This document shows, piece by piece, positions 49,296 through 56,529 of a stretch of 64,000 nt of DNA. This DNA comes from an uncultured Eubacteriales bacterium. Lineage in GTDB: Bacteria > Bacillota > Clostridia > Christensenellales > UBA1242. Position 1 is the stretch's first letter; each line of letters opens with the position of its first letter. The DNA lies in assembly GCA_900551855.1 (NCBI GenBank), contig URXM01000006.1, positions 3,185 through 67,184 on the forward strand, given 5' to 3'. Made by a program: the position numbers and the translations under genes. The notes beneath the pieces are model-generated. The model worked only from the letters and a program-made list of their open reading frames with translations, searched no databases and had not been told where the DNA came from.

Positions 49296-49386
49296 ATCAA
49301 AATTTCCCTTTGCTTTTGTATTAACTTAATTATGATAATAATACTATTAACATTATCAAAATTCATTTCTATATTGTATATAGTAT

Positions 49387-49395
49387 ATTATAGCA
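49387..49395 (-). promoter_or_regulatory. candidate extended -10 (TGcTATAAT) for the island operon
   Basis: The minus strand reads tgcTATAAT about 92 nt upstream of the ATG at 49295. The -35 is weak (TATAAC). Confidence 0.35.
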
Positions 49396-49455
49396 TACTT
49401 TTCCTTAATGTTATAAAATATTTTACAAAATTTACTTGTTTATTTTTTCTTTTTT

Positions 49456-49464
49456 CCCCCCCCC
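49456..49464. repeat. C9 (G9 on the operon strand) homopolymer tract
   Basis: tattttttcttttttCCCCCCCCCagtg. It is the only long G:C homopolymer I noticed in the window. Confidence 0.9.
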
Positions 49465-49564
49465 AGTGTAGAAAATAATAGATTTAAAAAAGTACAGATA
49501 TAAAATGACACTAAAAAGTTCCAAAGTCACCTCTTACTAGAGCTATTCTGGAGTCAGAATACAT

Positions 49565-49575
49565 GCAACCCACCA
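49565..49575 (+). repeat. right copy of the 11-bp direct repeat GCAACCCACCA (attR-like)
   Basis: Identical to 41317..41327. The terminator hairpin at 49582..49610 follows immediately. Confidence 0.6.
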
Positions 49576-49579
49576 AACA

Positions 49580-49616
49580 AAAAGGAAGTTGTTTTTTTTG
49601 CAACTTCCTTTTTTAT
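49580..49616. terminator. bidirectional terminator (HD gene; ancestral tRNA-Lys terminator?)
   Basis: Hairpin aaggaagttg-ttttttttg-caacttcctt with a 10-bp perfect stem, an A-run upstream and a T-run downstream. Confidence 0.7.
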
Positions 49617-49622
49617 TTTGTC

Positions 49623-50330
49623 TTAATCAAATTTTAATAAATATACATACATCTCAAAAGCAAATAAAACAATTCTTTTGGCAGTATTAGTTCTTAACAT
49701 ATCAATTTGAATCTTAGGATAAGGCAACCTTACTCTATCTAGTCCATCAGCATCTTTTAAAAGATTAAATAACTTTTTGCACTTATTTTTATCTTTAACT
49801 TTATAAATTTCAATATACTTATCTATCTCACTATCATTCATACAATGACAGGCAACAATAGTTTTCATTAAATTCAATTCTTCTTCATTATAATCAATTA
49901 AAAAATCAAATTTACTCGCACTTTTAAGCCCATGTTTATAATCCACACAGTCATCTGTTCTTCCAATATCGTGATATTTAGCACAATCTATCAACATTTC
50001 AAATTCTCTCATTGATATATCTTCAAAATTTGCTAAAATATACGCAAAAATAGAAACTCTTATATTATGATTTATTCCATGCATATTGCTCTTATATAAT
50101 TTTTCTGGTTGTATATTTTTTATTTTTTGTATAAATTGTTCTTTAAATTTAGAGCTTTCAAAAATGTGTGATATTTGTTCTTTAGTTATAGGGATTATTC
50201 CCATCTTTTTTAAATCTTGTTTTGTCTCAACATAATAATTGTAAAGATAATCGTTTGTTGTAATTTTAAATAATTTATTACAATTAACTAAATCATCTAT
50301 AATTTCATCTATATTTGATAACAAATCCAT
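49623..50330 (-). CDS. HD-domain phosphohydrolase-family protein
   Basis: Contains HGINHNIRV, AKYHDIGR and LKDADGLDR, giving the H...HD...D metal-ligand pattern. Confidence 0.75.
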   Translation of the reverse strand: MDLLSNIDEIIDDLVNCNKLFKITTNDYLYNYYVETKQDLKKMGIIPITKEQISHIFESSKFKEQFIQKIKNIQPEKLYKSNMHGINHNIRVSIFAYILANFEDISMREFEMLIDCAKYHDIGRTDDCVDYKHGLKSASKFDFLIDYNEEELNLMKTIVACHCMNDSEIDKYIEIYKVKDKNKCKKLFNLLKDADGLDRVRLPYPKIQIDMLRTNTAKRIVLFAFEMYVYLLKFD

Positions 50331-50428
50331 TCTATAACCCCTAATATGAGCATGATTTCATTGTATGTAATAATAATTTACAAATAATTCTTTAAACCTT
50401 TGAGCTATATCAAATTACAAGCATGTTT

Positions 50429-51607
50429 TTAGTAATTTTCTGCTAAAATTTGGAAATAACTCTTTGCATGTCCACAAACTGGGCAAACTTCTGGAGCTTT
50501 TGTTCCAACAACAATATGTCCACAAACTCTGCATTCCCAAATCTTAACTTCGCTCTTCTCAAACACTTCTTTGAGTTCTACATTTTTCAAGAGTGCTCTA
50601 TATCTTTCTTCGTGTCTCTTTTCAATTGCAGCTACCATTCTAAATTTGATAGCAAGTTCTTTAAAGCCTTCTTCTTCTGCAGTCTTTGCAAAACCTTCAT
50701 ACATATCTGTCCATTCGTAGTTTTCTCCTTCTGCAGCCGCTTCCAAGTTTTGAGCAGTATCACCAATTCCATTCAATTCTTTAAACCACATTTTTGCGTG
50801 TTCTTTTTCATTGTCAGCTGTTCTCAAGAACAATTCAGCAATTTGTTCGAGTCCTTCTTTTTTTGCTACTGATGAAAAATATGTATATTTGTTTCTTGCT
50901 TGGCTTTCACCAGCAAATGCAGCTTGAAGATTTTTCTCTGTCTGTGTTCCTGCATACTTGTTTGTTTTCTTATCTTCTATAAGTTCAAGGTTTTCTCCTT
51001 TTGCTTTGCATACTGGACAAACTGGTTCTTGTCCATCTTCAACTTCAAATTCAACTCCGCAAACTTTGCATCTATATTTTTTCATAATTTTCTCCTTTTT
51101 ATCTTCTAAATTTTCATTACATGGTATTTTTTCTAATAATTTTTTGATTGTCTCTTTTGGCATTTCATTGTCTTTTTCATATAACAAATCTTCCAAAAGT
51201 TTGTGTGCATTTGCACTTTGTGGCAACATATATCCTGCTTCTCTTATCAAGTCTTCTGCCATATATCTATTTGACTTCTTTACAGCCGTCATAAGCTTAT
51301 AAAGATTGTCATCTTTAGTGCTATCTGCCAAACTTTTTGCAATGTTTTCAGCTTTACACTTGTTTTTGACAACTTTGTTTAATGCCTTTACAACCTTTTC
51401 GTCCTTCACTTGTTGTGGAGGAATATCAATTGGCATCATAGAGATTGCTTTACTTGGGCAAGCTTTTGCACATACACCACATCCAACACACTTCTCAACA
51501 TCAATAATGCTGTTTTCTGTATCGGTTGCACCATAAGGGCAAACATACAAACAAAGACAATCTTTTGTACATAATCTTAAATTACGAACAGCTACAAACT
51601 TTTTCAT
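50429..51607 (-). CDS. multidomain rubrerythrin: 4Fe-4S ferredoxin-like N-terminus + rubredoxin-like module + rubrerythrin core + C-terminal rubredoxin-like module
   Basis: Contains [12 protein letters not shown] and [12 protein letters not shown], then YRCKVCG...CPVCKA. The ferritin-like core reads [19 protein letters not shown], with EKEHAKMW and EKRHEERY. The C-terminus has WECRVCGH...CPVCGH. Confidence 0.85.
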   Translation of the reverse strand: MKKFVAVRNLRLCTKDCLCLYVCPYGATDTENSIIDVEKCVGCGVCAKACPSKAISMMPIDIPPQQVKDEKVVKALNKVVKNKCKAENIAKSLADSTKDDNLYKLMTAVKKSNRYMAEDLIREAGYMLPQSANAHKLLEDLLYEKDNEMPKETIKKLLEKIPCNENLEDKKEKIMKKYRCKVCGVEFEVEDGQEPVCPVCKAKGENLELIEDKKTNKYAGTQTEKNLQAAFAGESQARNKYTYFSSVAKKEGLEQIAELFLRTADNEKEHAKMWFKELNGIGDTAQNLEAAAEGENYEWTDMYEGFAKTAEEEGFKELAIKFRMVAAIEKRHEERYRALLKNVELKEVFEKSEVKIWECRVCGHIVVGTKAPEVCPVCGHAKSYFQILAENY

Positions 51608-52264
51608 TTATTTCCTCCCTTTAATTAGTTCAAATTTAAAGTTTGGAACTTTGCAAACTGGGCAAATTTCTGGAAGTTCTTTCCCTATGTAAACAAACCC
51701 ACAAATAGTGCAAACCCAAATATTCATGCCATCAAGCATTTTGTCTCCCTCTTTTTTGTATCTTTCAAGCAAACTATCAAGCATAACAGTCACTTTTTCG
51801 CTCCAAGTCTTAGCTCTCAAAGCTCCTCTGTCATTCACACTTTTTGCCAAATTGTCGGCATTTTTAAACCCATCATTTAAGTCTTCTTTGCATAAATCAA
51901 TGAGTTCATCTAAACTAGCCTTTTTGTCTTCAGCAACTTTACTTTCAAAATAATTGGCAAGTTGTTGATATAATTCCATCTCCTCAAACTTATATTGCTT
52001 TTCACAACCTCTCGCCAAGTTTGAGCACAAAGCTGACAACATACCGTTTGAAAGTTTTTTCATATCATCTTTTTCAACATTCTCAACTTTAGATTTTGTT
52101 GTTTTTGTTGTAGATTTCACATCTTTTTTCTCTTCCAATGGCTCAAACATAGACTTAGGAGCTCCACAAAGTGGGCAAGTCCAATTTTCTGGCAAGTCCT
52201 TGAAAGGGACTTTTTCTTTTGAGTCATCATAGATATATCCACATACTTTACAAATATATTTCAT
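51608..52264 (-). CDS. rubredoxin-domain protein (N-terminal rubredoxin, helical middle, C-terminal rubredoxin-like module)
   Basis: The start [14 protein letters not shown]...[10 protein letters not shown] at 52264 has GGTGGAGG upstream. The C-terminus has [10 protein letters not shown]...CPVCKV. It abuts the next gene with no gap. Confidence 0.8.
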   Translation of the reverse strand: MKYICKVCGYIYDDSKEKVPFKDLPENWTCPLCGAPKSMFEPLEEKKDVKSTTKTTKSKVENVEKDDMKKLSNGMLSALCSNLARGCEKQYKFEEMELYQQLANYFESKVAEDKKASLDELIDLCKEDLNDGFKNADNLAKSVNDRGALRAKTWSEKVTVMLDSLLERYKKEGDKMLDGMNIWVCTICGFVYIGKELPEICPVCKVPNFKFELIKGRK

Positions 52265-52283
52265 ATAACCTCCACCTATAAGT

Positions 52284-52313
52284 AAATTATAATAATTTTC
52301 AATCAAAAGTCAA
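52284..52313 (-). promoter_or_regulatory. promoter of the rubredoxin/rubrerythrin operon with an overlapping 7-1-7 palindrome (PerR/Fur-family-like operator)
   Basis: The minus strand has TTGACT (52313..52308), a 16-nt spacer and TATAAT (52291..52286). The perfect palindrome AAATTAT-A-ATAATTT (52284..52298) covers the -10. One register (TTATAAT-A-ATTTTCA) matches the PerR-box consensus TTATAAT-N-ATTATAA at 12 of 14 positions. Confidence 0.5.
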
Positions 52314-52397
52314 ACCAAAAAATTATTATTACAATCAAAATTTTATTGTTTTTCAATTTTAAATTACATTCCTTTAAACTTATCAAAGCCATAATAA

Positions 52398-52432
52398 AAC
52401 AAAAAGGTCTTGAATTTATCAAGACCTTTTTG
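52398..52432 (-). terminator. terminator downstream of hsp20
   Basis: Hairpin aaaaggtcttga-attta-tcaagacctttt with a 12-bp perfect stem. Confidence 0.7.
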
Positions 52433-52449
52433 CTAAAAGTTAAACAAAA

Positions 52450-52914
52450 CTATTTGATTTCAATATGATTTGATTTAACTTCTTTCTTTTCTTCTTTTGG
52501 AAGTTTAATTGTCAAAATACCATTTTCAAGTTTTGCATCAATATCTTCTTCTTTTATGTCTCCAACATAAAAGCTTCTGCTAAATTGACCAAAACTTCTT
52601 TCTCTTCTGATAAAGTTTCCTTTCTTTTCATTGTTTTCTTCAACTTTATGTTCTCTCTTAGCTGAAATTGAAAGGTAACCATTATCAAGTTCAAGAGTTA
52701 TGTCTTTCTTGTCAAATCCTGGCAAATCAACCTCCAAAACATAGTTGTTTTCAGTTTCCTTAATATCTGTTTTCATAATAGAATTGAATTGCTTCATTTC
52801 TTTTCTTGAAAACATTGGCATAAAATCGTCAAACCAATCATCAAAGAAGCCAACTGGTTCTCTTTCGTTATCTCCTCTAGAAATCAAATTATAATTATTG
52901 TTATTGTGTTTCAT
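52450..52914 (-). CDS. Hsp20/alpha-crystallin small heat-shock protein
   Basis: Contains TDIKETENNYVLEVDLPGFDKKDITLELDNGYLSISAKRE and the C-terminal LENGILTIKLPK. Confidence 0.9.
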   Translation of the reverse strand: MKHNNNNYNLISRGDNEREPVGFFDDWFDDFMPMFSRKEMKQFNSIMKTDIKETENNYVLEVDLPGFDKKDITLELDNGYLSISAKREHKVEENNEKKGNFIRRERSFGQFSRSFYVGDIKEEDIDAKLENGILTIKLPKEEKKEVKSNHIEIK

Positions 52915-52954
52915 ATCAATACCTCCTGTATTAGTTTTTCCTAATACATTGACA

Positions 52955-52984
52955 ATTATACATCTTGTTTGCTAGCAATGTCAA
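52955..52984 (-). promoter_or_regulatory. sigma-A promoter of hsp20
   Basis: The minus strand has TTGACA (52984..52979), an 18-nt spacer and TATAAT (52960..52955). Confidence 0.65.
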
Positions 52985-53028
52985 CAAAAGAGCGCTAATT
53001 TTTTAAAAATTTTTTAATTTTTTTATTT

Positions 53029-53559
53029 CTATAAAACATTTTTGTCAAACCAAACGGCAAGTTTTTCATAACCTTTCGTGTGTGGCAAGAATTTGGAGGT
53101 AAAACATTGTGCAAAGAAATCGTTTAAACTTATCCATTTTGCGTCAGAGACCTCTTCCTTTTGAAGTTTAAGTTTTGATAAGTCTATATCTTTTTCCACC
53201 AGAAACACATCTGCAATTTCATTTACCAATACTCCATTGTATTCAATCTGATCGGCAAAAGAAAACAAAAACTCCAAATCTTTTGCAGAAAGACTTACTC
53301 CAATCTCCTCAAAAACCTCTCTCAACGAAGCATCAACGGCATTTTCACCCGCCCCAACATGACCCCCAACAGATACATCCCATACATTTGGGTAAAAAGA
53401 TTTTTGTTTACTTCTTTTTTGAATAAGCAGTTGTCTATTTGAATTTAAAATCCAAATATGTACTACTCTGTGCCATAGTCCCCTTTTGTGTGCTTCGCTT
53501 TTTTCAACTACACCAATTTTTTCACCATTTTCATTTAATATATCAACTAATTCTTCCAT
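53029..53559 (-). CDS. Nudix hydrolase
   Basis: Nudix box GGHVGAGENAVDASLREVFEEIGV. Confidence 0.85.
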   Translation of the reverse strand: MEELVDILNENGEKIGVVEKSEAHKRGLWHRVVHIWILNSNRQLLIQKRSKQKSFYPNVWDVSVGGHVGAGENAVDASLREVFEEIGVSLSAKDLEFLFSFADQIEYNGVLVNEIADVFLVEKDIDLSKLKLQKEEVSDAKWISLNDFFAQCFTSKFLPHTKGYEKLAVWFDKNVL

Positions 53560-53751
53560 ATTTATATATTAACAAAAATTGCTGATAAAATCAATTTATT
53601 ATTAAATTGGCGCAAATAATTTTAGTTAAAATTTTTTTAATTTGTTTGTAATATATACTAAAATATGTTAGAATAAATTTAGAACGATCTTAAGGTGACA
53701 AAAGCCTTAATAAATATAAGTTTCCCTTTAACGACAGATAAGGAGTTTGAT

Positions 53752-54948
53752 ATGATTATCACATTGGTTACTGACCAATTTTATAAAAACAACCATGGGA
53801 CAAGTGTCTCAGCTCAACAAATATACAATGGCCTAGTAAAAAGAGGTCATACTGTAAGAGTGCTTGCTATTGATGAAACAAACAACACTGCTTATGCTTT
53901 AAAAGAGAGATACTTTGGCAAACCAATAACAAAGCTTATCAATTCACAAGGGTTTCAATTTGCCAAACCTGACAAAGAGATTATCAAAAAGTCTATTGAA
54001 GGTGCAAATGTTGTGCACGTATATATGCCATTCAAATTGGGTTGTGAAACAATCAAAATGTGCAGAGAAATGAACATTCCTTGCACTGCTGGATTTCATA
54101 TAATACCTGAAAATATTACATCTACAATTTATATGAACAAGGTTGCAGTTGTAAATGCTTCTTTATGGGAAAAATTTAAAAATTGCACTTATAGGTATGT
54201 AAAACACATTCATTGTCCTTCTTTGATGGTGGCAAAACTCCTTGAAAAACATCATTTCAATTCTTATTTGCATGTTATTTCAAACGGCTACAATCCTGTT
54301 TTTAAAGTTTTGGGAAACGAACAGAAGCCAACAATTTTTCAAGATAAATTTGTTATCACATTTATTGGTCGTTTTTCTCGTGAAAAACGCCACGATTTGA
54401 TAATCAAAGCTGTCAATGAAAGCAAATATCGAGACAAAATTCAACTTGTTTTTGGTGGAAAAGGCCCAACAAAGAAAAATATAATGAAGATGGCACAAAA
54501 ATTGCCAAACTATCCTTTGTTTAGTTTCTTCTCTAAAGAACAAATTGTTTCTTTGTTAAACTTCTCTGATCTTTATATCCACCCTGCAGACATAGAAGTG
54601 GAAGGTATGAGTTGCATTGAGGCAATCGCTTGTGGTTGTGTACCTATCGTTTCAGATAGCGTCAAAAGTGCCACACCTCAATTTACTGTTCACGAACAAA
54701 GTCTTTTCAAACGCGGAGATTATAAAGATCTTGCATCAAAAATTGATTGGTGGATAGAACATCCAGAAGAATTGAAAGCACAAAAAGCCATTGTTGCAGA
54801 ACACGCTTTAAAGTTTACAGTTGAAAGAAGTATGGATTATTACATTGAGATGTTTGAACAAGCAATAAAAGACTGGGACAAAGATTATGATAGCAAAAAC
54901 AAAAAGAAAGCAATGAAACCAGTCATTATCAACAATTATAAAAAATAA
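53752..54948 (+). CDS. GT-B glycosyltransferase (family 4-like)
   Basis: The ATG at 53752 (MIITLVTDQF) is preceded by AAGGAG. The C-terminal motif is EGMSCIEAIACGCVPIV. Confidence 0.8.
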   Translation: MIITLVTDQFYKNNHGTSVSAQQIYNGLVKRGHTVRVLAIDETNNTAYALKERYFGKPITKLINSQGFQFAKPDKEIIKKSIEGANVVHVYMPFKLGCETIKMCREMNIPCTAGFHIIPENITSTIYMNKVAVVNASLWEKFKNCTYRYVKHIHCPSLMVAKLLEKHHFNSYLHVISNGYNPVFKVLGNEQKPTIFQDKFVITFIGRFSREKRHDLIIKAVNESKYRDKIQLVFGGKGPTKKNIMKMAQKLPNYPLFSFFSKEQIVSLLNFSDLYIHPADIEVEGMSCIEAIACGCVPIVSDSVKSATPQFTVHEQSLFKRGDYKDLASKIDWWIEHPEELKAQKAIVAEHALKFTVERSMDYYIEMFEQAIKDWDKDYDSKNKKKAMKPVIINNYKK

Positions 54949-54977
54949 AATCGCAAAATAATTTGCGATTTTTTTTA
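54947..54977. terminator. bidirectional terminator
   Basis: Hairpin aaaatcgcaaa-ataa-tttgcgatttt with an 11-bp perfect stem and a T-run. Confidence 0.75.
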
Positions 54978-56426
54978 ATTAAACACGACTTCTCCACTGA
55001 TCCACGCATTGAAATAGTTTTCAAGATTGGAGTTTGCACTTTTGCAAAAACTTTCTATCAATTTTTCTGAAGAAGAATTTTTAAACTTATAATTTTTGTA
55101 ATAGCCCTTTAGACAAGCAAAAAACTTTTTCTCACTCATGCTATGCCTAAGATTGTCAAAAAGCAACATTCCTTTTGTATAAATGCAATTCACATACTCA
55201 GGCTCTGTGTTGAATTGATTTAAATTTCGGTTCATGCTTTCATCAACATCACCATTGATTTTGGTAAAAATAGAAACAAAATTTTTATAAGTGTTCAAAG
55301 CATTTTCCATAATAATGTCATACTTTAAACCATACTCTTCATTTCTTTCAAAAAATAATGCAGTAGAAAACTCTGTCAAGCCTTCATCAACCCAAGAATC
55401 TTCATATTCATTATTCCCTACCACGCCATACCACCATTGGTGAGCAATTTCGTGCACAATAACATAATCTATCGCCTCAACATCGACAGCGTCTGAAATC
55501 ATAACCAAATTTGGATATTCCATTCCCCCAAAGCAGAAATTTGTTTGAACAATACTAAGTTGCTGATATGGGTATTCTCCAAACAAATCTTGAAAAGTCT
55601 CAACCGCTTTGACTGCTGTTTGCAAGTGGTCTTGAGCATTGGCATCATCATAAAAATAATATTTTATATCAATTTCTCCAACTTTATCTTGTATCACTTG
55701 AAAATTTTTTGATAACACAAAACAAAAATCTCTAATGTTGTCTCCAACACAAGATGCCTCTTTTCCCCCACTTTCTAAGTCTTTAATTTCACAATTCCCA
55801 GAAGAAGCAAAGACATAATCATCTGGATATGTTATATTCACATCAAAATTTGCAACATCACTGTAAAACGGATCACCACTTGCTGAAAACTGATTTTCTA
55901 CAAAGCCTATTCCGTCTTCATACACACAAGCTATCGGGAAAAAGTTTCCAAAATTTACAGCATTATCGCCATACCCGAGACGATGGTTTATGTTCGCCAA
56001 AGCAATGGTGTAATCCATTTCAATAGATATCTTTTCTTCTGGAAAAAGTTGAGAATTCAAACTGACAGTCAAAATATTCTTGTTTTCATTTATCTCATAT
56101 TCTGCTTCTTCATTCTCAATTTTTACATCTTCAAAACTTATATTCCCAAAACTTTCTCCATTTGGGTAAGCTTTGTCAAGATATGATTTAGGCACAGCAG
56201 TTTGTCCCTCATCAAAAGCATTCGCATATAAAAAGAAACATATCTTATCCAACGCATTGTCACTATTATTAACATAAACCACTTCTTGAGTGCAATCAAG
56301 AGTCTGTGATTTGTCATCATATAAAGCATTTATTTTATAAAAATTTATTTCATTTTCATCGCTACACCCCACCAAAAAAAATGGCAGGCAAAACACAACA
56401 ACAAAAATCAATGCAAACTTTTTCAT
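54975..56426 (-). CDS. M1-family zinc metallopeptidase, lipoprotein
   Basis: Lipobox FFLVGC. The zinc motif is VHEIAHQWWYGVVGNNEYEDSWVDEGLTEF (HExxH-X18-E). Confidence 0.85.
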   Translation of the reverse strand: MKKFALIFVVVFCLPFFLVGCSDENEINFYKINALYDDKSQTLDCTQEVVYVNNSDNALDKICFFLYANAFDEGQTAVPKSYLDKAYPNGESFGNISFEDVKIENEEAEYEINENKNILTVSLNSQLFPEEKISIEMDYTIALANINHRLGYGDNAVNFGNFFPIACVYEDGIGFVENQFSASGDPFYSDVANFDVNITYPDDYVFASSGNCEIKDLESGGKEASCVGDNIRDFCFVLSKNFQVIQDKVGEIDIKYYFYDDANAQDHLQTAVKAVETFQDLFGEYPYQQLSIVQTNFCFGGMEYPNLVMISDAVDVEAIDYVIVHEIAHQWWYGVVGNNEYEDSWVDEGLTEFSTALFFERNEEYGLKYDIIMENALNTYKNFVSIFTKINGDVDESMNRNLNQFNTEPEYVNCIYTKGMLLFDNLRHSMSEKKFFACLKGYYKNYKFKNSSSEKLIESFCKSANSNLENYFNAWISGEVVFN

Positions 56427-56529
56427 ATCGTATTGTATTCATCAGCATGATAAAACATTCTTTTAAAAAGTTGTAAAAAGACTTTTTTTGTGCTATTATA
56501 AACAATGAACTATTTGCTTAGGAGGAACT

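Larger units (their letters stand above)
41328..49575. mobile_element. putative tRNA-Lys-associated genomic island (~8.2 kb, no integrase) carrying a two-gene helicase operon
   Basis: Bounded by the direct repeat of the tRNA 3' end. The sequence after the right repeat is a clean terminator that would fit directly behind the tRNA. Hand counts of sample 60-nt lines give ~18-25% GC inside versus ~37-47% in flanking genes. Confidence 0.5.

Noticed and set aside
49541-49575. Possible partial second tRNA copy at the right island end
   Set aside because: Only the last 11 nt match the tRNA. The preceding sequence (ctggagtcagaatacat) does not reproduce the T arm (ggggttcgagccccc). I therefore treat it as a short att-like repeat, not a tRNA fragment or gene.
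52972-52998. CIRCE-like element (CTAGCAATG-N9-GAGCGCTAA) overlapping the -35 of the hsp20 promoter
   Set aside because: The spacing is right and the right half is 8/9 to TTAGCACTC-N9-GAGTGCTAA. The left half is only 6/9, and the two halves are poorly complementary to each other (5/9). This is not enough to call an HrcA operator.
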